Below, piece by piece: positions 19,910 through 29,668 of a stretch of 64,000 nucleotides of DNA. Position 1 is the stretch's first letter. Each line of letters starts with the position of its first letter. Source of the DNA: Bacillota bacterium (GTDB lineage Bacteria > Bacillota_I > Bacilli_A > RF39 > UBA660). Under the pieces are notes generated by a model. That model saw only the letters and a list, made by a program, of their open reading frames with translations. It had not been told where the DNA came from and ran no database searches. The stretch is taken from contig SVAK01000004.1 of NCBI GenBank assembly GCA_015059445.1, forward strand, positions 13,551 through 77,550, given 5' to 3'. A program made the translations under genes and the position numbers.

Positions 19910-21286
19910 TTGTGGGGTGAGGTATTGAAAACACAGGAACTTTTTAAACAATTTTTAAATGAAATTGCCGAATCTGTCAGTTCTAGTACTTATTCTGTAT
20001 GGTTTAATGATTTGGAACTAGTTAGCATAGATGATAAAGAAATGGTTATCAAAGTACCGCTTTCACTACATAAACAAATACTAAGAACTACTTATATTGA
20101 TTTAATAGATGAAACGATTTGCTCATTAACAGGGAATAATTATACTTTTAAATTTTTAACGGAAGATGAAATTGAAGAAGTAGAAGAAATTACAAATATT
20201 TTACCTATCGAGGAGGCTCCTTCAGAACCCCTTAAACAATGGAATACTAACTTAAATCCAAATTTAAATTTTGATAATTATGTAGTAGGTGAATCAAATC
20301 GGTTAGCTTTCATTTCTGCAATGAACGTTGCTCAATCACCTGGTACTATACGTAATCCTTTATTTATATATGGAAGAAGTGGTATTGGAAAAACTCACTT
20401 AATGCATGCTATAGGGAATTATATTACAGAACATTCAAATAAAAAAGTTCTTTATACTACTAGTGATGATTTTAAAAATGAATATGTTGAAATTTCTAAA
20501 ATAGAACGAGGTCAAGCATCAATTGAATATGCAAATAATTTTAAAAATAAATATCGCGGGGTAGATGTATTAATCGTTGACGATATTCAATTTTTAGTAG
20601 GAGCCGAACTTACTCAGCAAGAATTTTTTCATACTTTTGAAGCATTGCATCAAGCTAATAAACAAATAATTATATCTAGTGATAAAAGTCCAGACGATTT
20701 AAAAAAAATTGAAGAAAGATTAAGAAGCCGATTTACTTGGGGACTTCCAGTAGATATTTATCCACCAGATTTTGAACTAAGATGTGAAATTATAAAACAA
20801 AAACTTTCAAACACAAGTATAAAAGATAAAGTTAATCGTGATGTTATAGAATATATTGCAAATGCTTGCCCCAATGATGTAAGACAAATTGAAGGTACAA
20901 TAAATAGGTTATTAGCTTATACAGCAATGTATGCACCAGATTTTATTACATTAGATTTTACTATAGAAGCTATAAAAGATTATGTAAATACGAATGTTTA
21001 TCAAGAAAATACTATTTCTCACATTCAAAAAGTTGTTGCTGATTTCTTTAAAATAACTGTTGAGGATTTGAAAAGCAAAAGAAGAAGTAATAACATAGCT
21101 AAACCAAGGCATATCGCAATGTATCTCTGTAGAATAGAAACTGATGAAAATTTAGCGAAAATTGGTTTAGAATTTGGTGGAAGAGATCATTCAACAGTAG
21201 TAGCAAGTTGTGAAAAAATAAAAAATGATTTAAAGAATAATAATAATCTTGATAATATGTTAAAAGAAATAAAATCAAAGTTATAA
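19910..21286 (+). CDS. dnaA: Chromosomal replication initiator protein DnaA
   Basis: AAA+ Walker A GRSGIGKTHL, Walker B LIVDDIQF and C-terminal DNA-binding domain ...RHIAMYLCR...GGRDHSTV. A TTG at 19925 (GGTGA SD) is an equally plausible start. Confidence 0.96.
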   Translation: MWGEVLKTQELFKQFLNEIAESVSSSTYSVWFNDLELVSIDDKEMVIKVPLSLHKQILRTTYIDLIDETICSLTGNNYTFKFLTEDEIEEVEEITNILPIEEAPSEPLKQWNTNLNPNLNFDNYVVGESNRLAFISAMNVAQSPGTIRNPLFIYGRSGIGKTHLMHAIGNYITEHSNKKVLYTTSDDFKNEYVEISKIERGQASIEYANNFKNKYRGVDVLIVDDIQFLVGAELTQQEFFHTFEALHQANKQIIISSDKSPDDLKKIEERLRSRFTWGLPVDIYPPDFELRCEIIKQKLSNTSIKDKVNRDVIEYIANACPNDVRQIEGTINRLLAYTAMYAPDFITLDFTIEAIKDYVNTNVYQENTISHIQKVVADFFKITVEDLKSKRRSNNIAKPRHIAMYLCRIETDENLAKIGLEFGGRDHSTVVASCEKIKNDLKNNNNLDNMLKEIKSKL

Positions 21287-21289
21287 AAA

Positions 21290-21369
21290 TGTGGAAAAAA
21301 AATAGTTATTAACAAGCGAATTTATCGTGATTTAAGTTAATAAATAAAGGTTTTTCAACATTATCAACA
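21290..21369. promoter_or_regulatory. oriC part 2: DnaA boxes in the dnaA-dnaN spacer, followed by an AT-rich stretch
   Basis: TGTGGAAAA at 21290 (reverse complement TTTTCCACA), TTATTAACA at 21306, TTTTCAACA at 21352, and an abutting TTATCAACA at 21361. An almost pure A/T run then extends to the dnaN SD. Confidence 0.6.
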
Positions 21370-21417
21370 CTATAATAAAAACAATAATATTAATAATAAA
21401 AGAAAGAAGGAGAGAAA

Positions 21418-22536
21418 ATGAAATTTGTTATTGATAAGAATATTTTATTAGAAGCTCTAACTAATGTAACAAGAGCAATTGGCACAAGAACCACTATTCC
21501 AATTCTTAATGGAATAAAATTTGATTTAACAAGTGAGGGATTAAGTTTACTTGCCAGTGATTCTGAACTAACAATAAAAATACTTATTCCAGAAAAAGAT
21601 ATTAAAAATATAGAAAAATGCGGAAGTATGATTATTCAAAGTAAATATATATTAGAGATAATTAGAAAAATGCCATCTGATACTATAAATTTTGAATCTA
21701 TAGATAGTAGTAAAATTAAAATATATACTGATAATAATGAATACAATTTAAATTGCTATGATATAAGCGATTATCCACATATTTCTTTAGAAGAAAGTAA
21801 AGAACCAATAAGTATTAAAGCAGATACTTTAAAATCAATTATTAATGAAACATCTTATGCAGTTTCAACGCAAGAAGTAAGGCCTCTGCTTACTGGTATT
21901 AACTTAAAAATAACAGGGGATATGTTAGAATGTATAGCAACTGATAGTTATCGTTTAGCAAAAAAGAATATTAAATTAGATGCTTTTGTTAATGCTACTA
22001 TTAATATAGTAATCCCTGGTAAAAGTATTAATGAATTTGAAAAAATGTTAACAACTGATGAAGAAATCATAATGCATATATTTAATAATAAAATATTATT
22101 TAAATATAGAAATATTCAATTTCAAACAAATTTATTAAGTGGTACTTATCCAGATACAAATCATTTTATCCCTTCAGAATTTGCATATATGATTAATTTA
22201 AATTTGAAAGCCTTTAATGATGCAGTAGATCGGGCTTCATTACTTGCTCAGAGTAAAGATAAGAATATTGTTAGAGTGTTAATTGATGATAAAACAATGG
22301 TTATTTCTTCAAGCGCTAGTGAAATAGGGAAAACTGAAGAAAAATTAATTATAGAATGCAGTAATAAGGAAAAATTAGAAATTGCTTTTAGTTCAAGATA
22401 TATGTTAGAAGCTTTAAAAGTTATTAAAGATGATAATATATTATTATTAGTAAACAGTGATGATAAGCCAATATTAATAAAATCAGTAAAAGATGAATCA
22501 TTACTTGAATTAATATTACCTGTTAAAACATATTAA
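21418..22536 (+). CDS. dnaN: DNA polymerase III beta sliding clamp
   Basis: MKFVIDKNILLEALTNVTRAI... and a three-domain length. Conserved position after dnaA. Confidence 0.95.
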   Translation: MKFVIDKNILLEALTNVTRAIGTRTTIPILNGIKFDLTSEGLSLLASDSELTIKILIPEKDIKNIEKCGSMIIQSKYILEIIRKMPSDTINFESIDSSKIKIYTDNNEYNLNCYDISDYPHISLEESKEPISIKADTLKSIINETSYAVSTQEVRPLLTGINLKITGDMLECIATDSYRLAKKNIKLDAFVNATINIVIPGKSINEFEKMLTTDEEIIMHIFNNKILFKYRNIQFQTNLLSGTYPDTNHFIPSEFAYMINLNLKAFNDAVDRASLLAQSKDKNIVRVLIDDKTMVISSSASEIGKTEEKLIIECSNKEKLEIAFSSRYMLEALKVIKDDNILLLVNSDDKPILIKSVKDESLLELILPVKTY

Positions 22537-22562
22537 AATTAGACTTTAAGTCTAATTTTTTT
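22537..22562 (+). terminator. Rho-independent terminator after dnaN
   Basis: Perfect palindrome AATTAGACTT/AAGTCTAATT followed by a T-run. Confidence 0.7.
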
Positions 22563-22571
22563 ATAAAAATT

Positions 22572-22585
22572 ATTTCCCGGGAAAT
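22572..22585. promoter_or_regulatory. Noc-binding-site (NBS)-type palindrome ATTTCCCGGGAAAT
   Basis: Exact match to the B. subtilis NBS 14-mer consensus, embedded in the 24-nt perfect palindrome AAATTATTTCCCGGGAAATAATTT (22567-22590). Confidence 0.6.
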
Positions 22586-22646
22586 AATTTGACAATTTTT
22601 TTGAAGTTATTATGTTATAGTAATCATCATTATTTAGGAGGAATTT

Positions 22647-23093
22647 GTGGAAAACTATATAATTAATAACAAAACTATAGCTATTTTAAAAAAAGCTAAC
22701 CAAACAATTATTTTTGATGTTGAAAAGACCAGAGTTATTAACAAAAATGTCAAAAAAATATTAGATTACAATTGTAATTTTTATGGAAGTAGTTTTATAG
22801 GGAGAAAGAAAAGTGCAGCAAAAATATTAAATATACACTATAAAATTCCTATTGTTATTGAAAAGAATATTATTTTACTACAATTAAATGGAATTAAAGA
22901 TAATGAATGTTTATTTATTGTATTGAATAAAATAATAGATTATAAATATATAAATAATAATTTAAAAATTTTATGTATAAATAGGCAAATATTTAATTCC
23001 AAAATTTCAAAATATAGTTTTGAAAAAATGCTTATTAATTCTATTAAGTTAAGCAATATTTTAAAATGGCGAAAAAATGCAAATTTTGTTTAA
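22647..23093 (+). CDS. ComK-family protein (short, 148 aa)
   Basis: GTG start after a GGAGG SD. TIAIL..., CNFYGSSFIGRKK, HYKIPIVI, ECLFI and ISKYSFEKM align by eye with B. subtilis ComK (ATIAVL, CRFFGSSYAGRK, HKPPIMV, CGWI, ISYNSFENQ). Confidence 0.55.
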   Translation: MENYIINNKTIAILKKANQTIIFDVEKTRVINKNVKKILDYNCNFYGSSFIGRKKSAAKILNIHYKIPIVIEKNIILLQLNGIKDNECLFIVLNKIIDYKYINNNLKILCINRQIFNSKISKYSFEKMLINSIKLSNILKWRKNANFV

Positions 23094-23183
23094 AACATGC
23101 TTATTTTATGTTATAATTATATATAGGTATAGGTGTACTTATCTTACCTTAAAATTAAATCAAAGGCATAAGAAAGGCAAATT

Positions 23184-24287
23184 ATGAAAATCAACTCATT
23201 AAAAATGGTTAATTTTAGGAATTATGAAAATTTTCAATTGGAATTTAATGATTCACTTAATATTATTTATGGTAATAATGGTGTTGGTAAGACTAATTTG
23301 GTAGAAGCAATTTATGTTTTATCTTTAACTAAATCTTTTAGGACAAATAATGATAAAAATTTAATAAGAAAAGATGAGTTAAGTACGAAAATAGAAGGAG
23401 TAGTAGAAACTAATACCACAAATAATTATCAAGTAGTTTTAAATAAAGAAGGAAAAAAAGTAAAAATTGATAATTCTATAATATCTAAGATAAGCGATTA
23501 TGTTTCTAATATAAATATTATATTATTAGAACCAGAAGAACAAACAATATTTGGTGATTCCCCATCAATTAGAAGAAAGTTGTTAAATATTGAAATAAGC
23601 CAGCTCAAAAAAGAATATATTATATATTTAAATAATTATAATAAAATTTTAAAACAAAGAAATTTTTATTTAAGAGAATTATATATTAATGCAAATGCAA
23701 GTAGAGAATATTTAAATATTTTAACAAAAAAACTGATAGATTATGGCCTAAAAGTATATGGTGCTAGACAAGAATTTATTAACAAAATTAATGAATATAT
23801 AAATGAAAGTTATCATAATATTTTTGAATCTGGAGAGTTAAAAATAAAATATATTTCAGATTACAATAACAAATCTTCAGAAGAGTTATTTAATGTATAT
23901 GTTAAAAACTATAATAAAGAAATAATTTTAGGAAAAACATCAATGGGGATACATCATGATGATATAGTATTTTTATTAGATAATCAAAACATTGCAGAAT
24001 GGGGAAGTAATGGGCAACAAAAGAATGCCATCTTTGCATTTAAATTAGCAGAAATTGAATTATTTAATAATGAAAAGGGGACTTATCCAATACTAATATT
24101 AGATGATTTATTTAGTGCTCTTGATAATAATAAAATAAAAAATATTGTTAAACTTTTGAATAACAATATTCAAACTTTTATTACTACTACAGAATTAGAA
24201 AGAATAGATGAAAAATTATTAAATAACGCAAAATTATTTAATGTTACTTATGGAAATATTGTGGAGGTAGAAAATGGCAGAGAATAA
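23184..24287 (+). CDS. recF: DNA replication and repair protein RecF
   Basis: FRNYE..., Walker [15 protein letters not shown], signature SNGQQK and Walker [12 protein letters not shown]. Confidence 0.92.
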   Translation: MKINSLKMVNFRNYENFQLEFNDSLNIIYGNNGVGKTNLVEAIYVLSLTKSFRTNNDKNLIRKDELSTKIEGVVETNTTNNYQVVLNKEGKKVKIDNSIISKISDYVSNINIILLEPEEQTIFGDSPSIRRKLLNIEISQLKKEYIIYLNNYNKILKQRNFYLRELYINANASREYLNILTKKLIDYGLKVYGARQEFINKINEYINESYHNIFESGELKIKYISDYNNKSSEELFNVYVKNYNKEIILGKTSMGIHHDDIVFLLDNQNIAEWGSNGQQKNAIFAFKLAEIELFNNEKGTYPILILDDLFSALDNNKIKNIVKLLNNNIQTFITTTELERIDEKLLNNAKLFNVTYGNIVEVENGRE

Positions 24288-26199
24288 TTTACATTATGGT
24301 GAAAGTGATATACAAGTATTAGAAGGATTAGAGGCCGTTAGAAAAAGACCAGGTATGTATATTGGTACTACTGATGTCAAAGGATTACACCATTTAGTAT
24401 GGGAAATTGTTGATAATTCAATAGATGAGGCTTTGGCTGGTTTTTGTAAAAATATAGAAGTAGTTATCAATAAAGATAATTCTATTACAGTTAAAGATGA
24501 TGGACGTGGTATACCAGTAGGTATTCACCCAAAAACAGGAATTTCAACAGTTGAAACAGTATATACAGTATTACATGCTGGAGGTAAATTTGGTGGAGGC
24601 GGCTATAAAGTAAGTGGTGGTCTTCATGGTGTAGGTGCATCAGTTGTAAATGCTTTATCTAAATGGGTTACTGTTACTGTATATAAAGATGCAAAAATAT
24701 ATGAAACAAAGTTTGAAAATGGTGGGAAAACTGTTCAAGGATTGCAAGTTATTGGAGAAGGTGAATTAAATAGAACAGGAACCCATGTAACATTTAAACC
24801 AGATCCAGAAATATTTGATACTGATATTTATGATTATGAAACATTAAAAGTTAGAATGAGAGAACTCGCATTTTTAAATAAAGGATTATCATTAACTATT
24901 AGAGATGATCGGGATGATGAAGATACTACTGGGGAAAAGTTTTTATATGAGGGCGGTATTAAAGAATATGTCAAATATCTTAATCAAAATAAGACTCCTA
25001 TTCATTCAGAAATCATTTATTTAGAAGGCGAAGAAGACGGAATTATGTTTGAAGTAGCAATGCAGTATAATTCTGGATATAACGATAGTATTTATTCTTT
25101 CGTTAATAATATTAATACTCATGATGGTGGGACACATGAAGAAGGTGTAAGGAGAGCTTTAACAAGAGTTATAAATAATTACGCTAGAAAGAAAAATATA
25201 CTTAAAGAAAAAGATGACTCATTAACAGGAGATGATGTTAAAGAAGGACTAACAATGATAGTGTCTTGTAAACATCCAAATCCACAATTTGAAGGTCAAA
25301 CTAAGGGGAGATTAGGAAATTCTGAAGTTAGAAAATTAGCTGATAATGTATTTTCACAAGGTTTTGAAAGGTTTTTATTAGAAAATCCTGATGAAGCTAA
25401 AATCATAATTGAAAAAACTATGACTGCAGCGCGTGCAAGAGTAGCTGCAAAAAAAGCTAGAGAATTTGCAAGAAGAAAAAGTGATTTAGATGTCGTTAAT
25501 TTTGGTGGTAAATTAGAAGATTGTAAAGAAAAAGATCCTTCTGTTTGTGAAGTATTCATAGTCGAAGGAGATAGTGCGGGTGGATCTGCAATTAAGGGTA
25601 GAGATTCAATGACACAAGCCATATTACCAATTAGAGGAAAAATATTGAATGTTGAAAAAGCAAGACTTGATAGAGCTTTATCAAATGAAGAAATTAGAAC
25701 AATAATTACTGCATTTGGAACAGGAATTGGTCAAGAATTTGATTTAAGTAAACTTAGATATAATAAAATTATTATCATGACCGATGCCGATGTCGATGGC
25801 GCACACATTAGAGTTCTATTGCTAACTTTGTTCTATAGGTTTTTCAAACCCATTGTTGAAGCTGGGCATGTTTATGCTGCGCAACCACCTCTTTTCTGTA
25901 TAAAACATGGTAAAACAATCAAATATGTTTTAGATGAGAAGGAAAGAGATTCATATTTAGCTTCATTAAATCAAAATACGAAATATGAAATTTTCCGTAT
26001 GAAGGGTTTAGGTGAAATGGATCCAGAAGAATTAAACGAAACAACAATGGATATAAATAAACGCGTCTTAAGAAAAATAACTGTTGAAGATGCGATAGAA
26101 GCGGATGCAGCGTTTTCAAAACTTATGGGTGAAGAAGTTGAACCTAGAAGACAATTCATTGAAGAAAATGCTAAATTTGTTGAAAATTTAGATATTTAG
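24274..26199 (+). CDS. gyrB: DNA gyrase subunit B
   Basis: [48 protein letters not shown] and [12 protein letters not shown]-type motifs. Confidence 0.98.
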   Translation: MAENNLHYGESDIQVLEGLEAVRKRPGMYIGTTDVKGLHHLVWEIVDNSIDEALAGFCKNIEVVINKDNSITVKDDGRGIPVGIHPKTGISTVETVYTVLHAGGKFGGGGYKVSGGLHGVGASVVNALSKWVTVTVYKDAKIYETKFENGGKTVQGLQVIGEGELNRTGTHVTFKPDPEIFDTDIYDYETLKVRMRELAFLNKGLSLTIRDDRDDEDTTGEKFLYEGGIKEYVKYLNQNKTPIHSEIIYLEGEEDGIMFEVAMQYNSGYNDSIYSFVNNINTHDGGTHEEGVRRALTRVINNYARKKNILKEKDDSLTGDDVKEGLTMIVSCKHPNPQFEGQTKGRLGNSEVRKLADNVFSQGFERFLLENPDEAKIIIEKTMTAARARVAAKKAREFARRKSDLDVVNFGGKLEDCKEKDPSVCEVFIVEGDSAGGSAIKGRDSMTQAILPIRGKILNVEKARLDRALSNEEIRTIITAFGTGIGQEFDLSKLRYNKIIIMTDADVDGAHIRVLLLTLFYRFFKPIVEAGHVYAAQPPLFCIKHGKTIKYVLDEKERDSYLASLNQNTKYEIFRMKGLGEMDPEELNETTMDINKRVLRKITVEDAIEADAAFSKLMGEEVEPRRQFIEENAKFVENLDI

Positions 26200-26214
26200 G
26201 AAGGAGTAGAAAAA

Positions 26215-28656
26215 ATGGACAATAGTAAGGATAAATTAATACTTAATAATATTGTAGATGAAATAGAGAAATCCTTTTTAGATTATTCTATGAGTGTTAT
26301 AGTAGCGCGTGCACTTCCAGATTTAAGAGATGGCCTAAAACCTGTTCATAGAAGAATTTTGTGGTCAATGTATGAATCTGGATACACTCCGGATAAACCT
26401 CATAAAAAATCGGCGCGTATAGTTGGTGACGTTATGGGTAAATATCACCCACATGGAGATTCAAGCATTTATGAAGCTATGGTACGGATGGCGCAAGATT
26501 TTAGTTATCGTAACATATTAGTCGATGGTCATGGTAACTTTGGTAATATTGCTGGCGCAGGAGCTGCTGCAATGCGTTATACAGAGTCACGTCTTTCAAA
26601 AATTTCTTTAGAATTATTGAGAGATATTAATAAAGATACTGTAAATTTTGCCCCTAACTTTGATGAATCAGAAAAAGAACCAGAAATACTACCATCTAGA
26701 TTTCCAAATATTTTAGTTAACGGAACTATGGGAATTGCTGTTGGGATGGCAACAAATATTCCACCACATAATTTAGGTGAGGTTATTGATGGATGTGTTG
26801 CTTACATTGATAATCCAGACATTGACGTCGATGGATTAATGCAACATATAAAAGGGCCAGATTTTCCTACTGGAGGATCGATTTTAGGTAATAGTGGTAT
26901 TAAAAAAGCTTATGAAACAGGTCGCGGTAGTATTAACATTAGAAGTAAAGCAACAATTGAAGAACATAACGGGAAACATTATATTGTTGTAGACGAAGTG
27001 CCTTATGGCGTTAATACTTCTGATTTAAAAAATAAAGTTGCTGAACTTGTACATAACAAAGTGATAGATGGTATAGCAGATTACCACACAGATTTAAAAA
27101 ATGGAATAAAAATTACAATTACATTAAAGAAAGATGCTAATCCACAAGTAGTATTAAATAATTTGTATAAACATACTCAATTTCAAGTAAATTATGGCAT
27201 TATCTTCTTAATGATTGATAATAAAGTCCCAAGAACATTAGGGTTGAAAGATATAATTGCTAAGTATATTAATTATCAGGAAGAAGTTATCATAAGAAGA
27301 ACAAAATTTGAACTTGATAAAGCTGAAAAAAGAGTACATATTTTGGAAGGATATAAGATTGCTTTAGATAATATTGATGAAGTAATAAAAATTATTAAAG
27401 ATTCTGATACTGACTTATTAGCTAAAGAAAGATTAATTTCTAAATTTGGATTTACTGAAATTCAAGCTGATAGTATATTAGAATTAAAATTACGTAGATT
27501 AACAGGATTAGAAAGAAATAAAATTGAAGAGGAATTACAAGAATTACTTTCAAAGATCCAAGAATATCGAGCAATTTTATCTTCAAAAGAAAAAATTCTT
27601 GAAATAATTAAGAATGAATTGTTAGAAATTAAAGATAAATATGCCGATGATAGACGTACTAAAATAGATATGACTGCAGTTGAGTATATCGAAGACGAAT
27701 CTTTAATACCTGAAGAAGATGTTATGGTAGTTTTAACAAATAAAGGTTATATAAAGAGAACTACTAATGATACATTTAGGGTTCAAAACCGCGGTGGAGT
27801 AGGAGTCAAAGGATTAACCACAAATGATGAAGATTATGTTGAACAATTAATTAATCTATCAACACATGATTATATAATGTTCTTTACTAATAAAGGTAAG
27901 GTATATCGCATTAAAGGTTACGAAATTCCAGAATTCAGCAGACAATCTAAGGGAATTCCAGTAATTAACCTACTTCAAATCGAAAAAGACGAAAAAATAA
28001 ATTCTATTGTTAAAATCCGAAAGGAAGATAATTATAAATTCTTGTTATTTGCGACAAGAAAAGGTATAGTTAAAAAGACTAGTTTATCTGAATTTGAAAA
28101 CATTAGAACGTCTGGTAAATTATGTATTAATTTAAATGATGAAGATGAATTATTAGATGTTAAAAAGACTAAGGGTGACAATATTATTTTATTGGGGAGC
28201 GATAATGGCCGAATGGTTAAATTTGCTGAAAGTGAAATAAGAGCAATGGGTAGAACAGCCACCGGAGTAAAAGGCATTAATTTAGAAGGCGGAAATTGTA
28301 TTTGTTGTGAAGTTGTTAGCGATGATTCCACAATTCTTCTAGTAACCGAGAAAGGTTACGGTAAACGAACAAAAGTACGTGAATACAGACAAACTAAACG
28401 TGGAAGCAAAGGTGTTATTGCACTTAACATTACCGAAAAAAACGGCAATTTAGTTTCTGCAAAAGTTGTGGAAGATGATAAAGATGTTATTATTATGAGT
28501 AATGCTGGAATAACTATTAAATTGCCGGTTGAACAGATATCTTTACTAGGGCGAGTCACTCAAGGCCTAAGATTAATTAGTTTAAGAGATAATCAGCAAG
28601 TTGCTACTATTAGCGTTGTTGAAAAAATTAATTCAGACGAAGAAAACGAAGAGTAA
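26215..28656 (+). CDS. gyrA: DNA gyrase subunit A
   Basis: [26 protein letters not shown] (active-site Tyr) and C-terminal beta-pinwheel repeats. Confidence 0.98.
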   Translation: MDNSKDKLILNNIVDEIEKSFLDYSMSVIVARALPDLRDGLKPVHRRILWSMYESGYTPDKPHKKSARIVGDVMGKYHPHGDSSIYEAMVRMAQDFSYRNILVDGHGNFGNIAGAGAAAMRYTESRLSKISLELLRDINKDTVNFAPNFDESEKEPEILPSRFPNILVNGTMGIAVGMATNIPPHNLGEVIDGCVAYIDNPDIDVDGLMQHIKGPDFPTGGSILGNSGIKKAYETGRGSINIRSKATIEEHNGKHYIVVDEVPYGVNTSDLKNKVAELVHNKVIDGIADYHTDLKNGIKITITLKKDANPQVVLNNLYKHTQFQVNYGIIFLMIDNKVPRTLGLKDIIAKYINYQEEVIIRRTKFELDKAEKRVHILEGYKIALDNIDEVIKIIKDSDTDLLAKERLISKFGFTEIQADSILELKLRRLTGLERNKIEEELQELLSKIQEYRAILSSKEKILEIIKNELLEIKDKYADDRRTKIDMTAVEYIEDESLIPEEDVMVVLTNKGYIKRTTNDTFRVQNRGGVGVKGLTTNDEDYVEQLINLSTHDYIMFFTNKGKVYRIKGYEIPEFSRQSKGIPVINLLQIEKDEKINSIVKIRKEDNYKFLLFATRKGIVKKTSLSEFENIRTSGKLCINLNDEDELLDVKKTKGDNIILLGSDNGRMVKFAESEIRAMGRTATGVKGINLEGGNCICCEVVSDDSTILLVTEKGYGKRTKVREYRQTKRGSKGVIALNITEKNGNLVSAKVVEDDKDVIIMSNAGITIKLPVEQISLLGRVTQGLRLISLRDNQQVATISVVEKINSDEENEE

Positions 28657-28670
28657 TTTAAGCAAAAAAT

Positions 28671-28684
28671 ATTTCCCGGGAAAT
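28671..28684. promoter_or_regulatory. NBS-type palindrome ATTTCCCGGGAAAT (may double as the gyrA terminator hairpin)
   Basis: Exact 14-mer inside the 28-nt perfect palindrome AAAAAATATTTCCCGGGAAATATTTTTT (28664-28691), 8 nt after the gyrA stop and ending in a T-run. Confidence 0.6.
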
Positions 28685-28773
28685 ATTTTTTGTTTGAGAA
28701 ATAAATATTTTTTTGAAAGTTTTAATCATTATTTCGGAGTTTTAACAAAAGACGTTTCTTAAAAACAGAAAAA

Positions 28774-28789
28774 TGTTTCACGTGAAACT
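28774..28789. promoter_or_regulatory. parS centromere-like site (15/16 match)
   Basis: TGTTTCACGTGAAACT versus the Firmicute parS consensus TGTTNCACGTGAAACA. Confidence 0.7.
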
Positions 28790-28954
28790 ATAACAAGTAA
28801 TTGTAATAAATAATTTTTAGAACGTGAGTTTAAAGTGCATTTTTAATAACATTTCCCTATTAACTGTCAAATGTTTAATAATTATAGAAATTTTAGAAGG
28901 GCTTAATTTGGTTTTGCGTTATTAACAAAAATGTTCCGCGCAAACCCAAAGGAA

Positions 28955-28970
28955 TGTTTCACGTGAAACA
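28955..28970. promoter_or_regulatory. parS centromere-like site (perfect 16-mer)
   Basis: TGTTTCACGTGAAACA, a perfect palindrome and exact consensus. Confidence 0.82.
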
Positions 28971-29037
28971 TGTGTTGAAAATCGAAAAGCCCAATGTTTA
29001 AAATTTGGGAAATAATTCTTAATAATCGCAAAAAAAT

Positions 29038-29051
29038 ATTTCCTGGGAAAT
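29038..29051. promoter_or_regulatory. Degenerate NBS-type palindrome ATTTCCTGGGAAAT
   Basis: 13/14 match to the NBS consensus. Flanked by the same AAAAATATTT/AAATATTTT arms as the site at 28671. Confidence 0.4.
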
Positions 29052-29067
29052 ATTTTCTGAATATAAT

Positions 29068-29096
29068 TTGAAATGTTAATGTGATTGTGGTATTAT
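29068..29096 (+). promoter_or_regulatory. Sigma-A promoter of the SRP RNA gene (TTGAAA-17-TATTAT with an upstream TG)
   Basis: TTGAAA at 29068-29073, a 17-nt spacer and TGGTATTAT ending at 29096. Confidence 0.5.
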
Positions 29097-29100
29097 GCTT

Positions 29101-29178
29101 ATGCACAACAAATATGCTGTAAACTGGTCAGAGTCGGAAGGCAGCAGCCATACCAGCCACTATTTGTGTGTGCTTTTT
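29101..29178 (+). ncRNA. ffs: Small (4.5S-type) signal recognition particle RNA
   Basis: CUGGUCAGAGUCGGAAGGCAGCAGCCAUACCAG matches the conserved SRP domain IV (GGAA tetraloop, AGCAGCC). It is closed by GCACAACAAAUA/UAUUUGUGUGUGC and followed by a T-run. The tadA/ffs/dnaX neighbourhood is conserved in Firmicutes, although here ffs lies upstream of tadA. Ends approximate. Confidence 0.78.
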
Positions 29179-29195
29179 TATTAGGGAGAATAATA

Positions 29196-29609
29196 ATGGA
29201 TAGATATACATTTTTAGCGTATAAAGAAGCAATGAAAGCTTATAAAAAAAAAGAGATACCGGTTGGGGCGGTAATTGTAAAAAATAACAAAGTAATAGCT
29301 AAATCAAGAAATAATCGTCAGAAACGATACAATTTGTTAGGCCACGCAGAGATAAATTGTATTGTTAAAGCAGAAAAAAAGTTAAAAGATTGGCGACTTG
29401 ATGGATGCGAAATGTATGTTACTTTGGAACCATGTGATATGTGTAAGTTTCACATAAAAGAAGCAAGAATTAAAAAGGTGCATTATCTTGTCTCAAGTTC
29501 AAAACAAGAACAAAAAGATCCACTTTTCGAACAAACGAATGGTTGTAATACGCTTTTTGAAGAATATAAAAGAATGTTAAAATCTTTTTTCTGTAATTTA
29601 AGAAAATAA
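29196..29609 (+). CDS. tadA: tRNA-specific adenosine deaminase
   Basis: HAE (GHAEINCI) and PCxxC (EPCDMC) deaminase motifs. ATG at 29196 after a GGGAG SD. The upstream part of track ORF 29085.. overlaps the SRP RNA. Confidence 0.85.
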   Translation: MDRYTFLAYKEAMKAYKKKEIPVGAVIVKNNKVIAKSRNNRQKRYNLLGHAEINCIVKAEKKLKDWRLDGCEMYVTLEPCDMCKFHIKEARIKKVHYLVSSSKQEQKDPLFEQTNGCNTLFEEYKRMLKSFFCNLRK

Positions 29610-29668
29610 ATTATATTAAAAAAAAATAATATTCATGATATAATGTCTTATGAAAGGAATTTGGCAGC

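Noticed and set aside
28664-28691. Interpreting the CCCGGG-centred palindromes only as intrinsic terminators.
   Set aside because: The same 14-mer core recurs at 22572, after a separate and perfectly good dnaN terminator. It recurs again at 29038, where no gene ends, and it equals the Noc-binding consensus. A purely terminator explanation is therefore insufficient, though the 28664 copy may also terminate gyrA.
28903-29195. Track ORF 28903..29106 (minus strand, 67 aa) and the N-terminal 37 codons of track ORF 29085..29609.
   Set aside because: They overlap the parS/NBS sites, the ffs promoter and the SRP RNA itself. tadA has a proper SD and ATG at 29196. No coding signal is evident.
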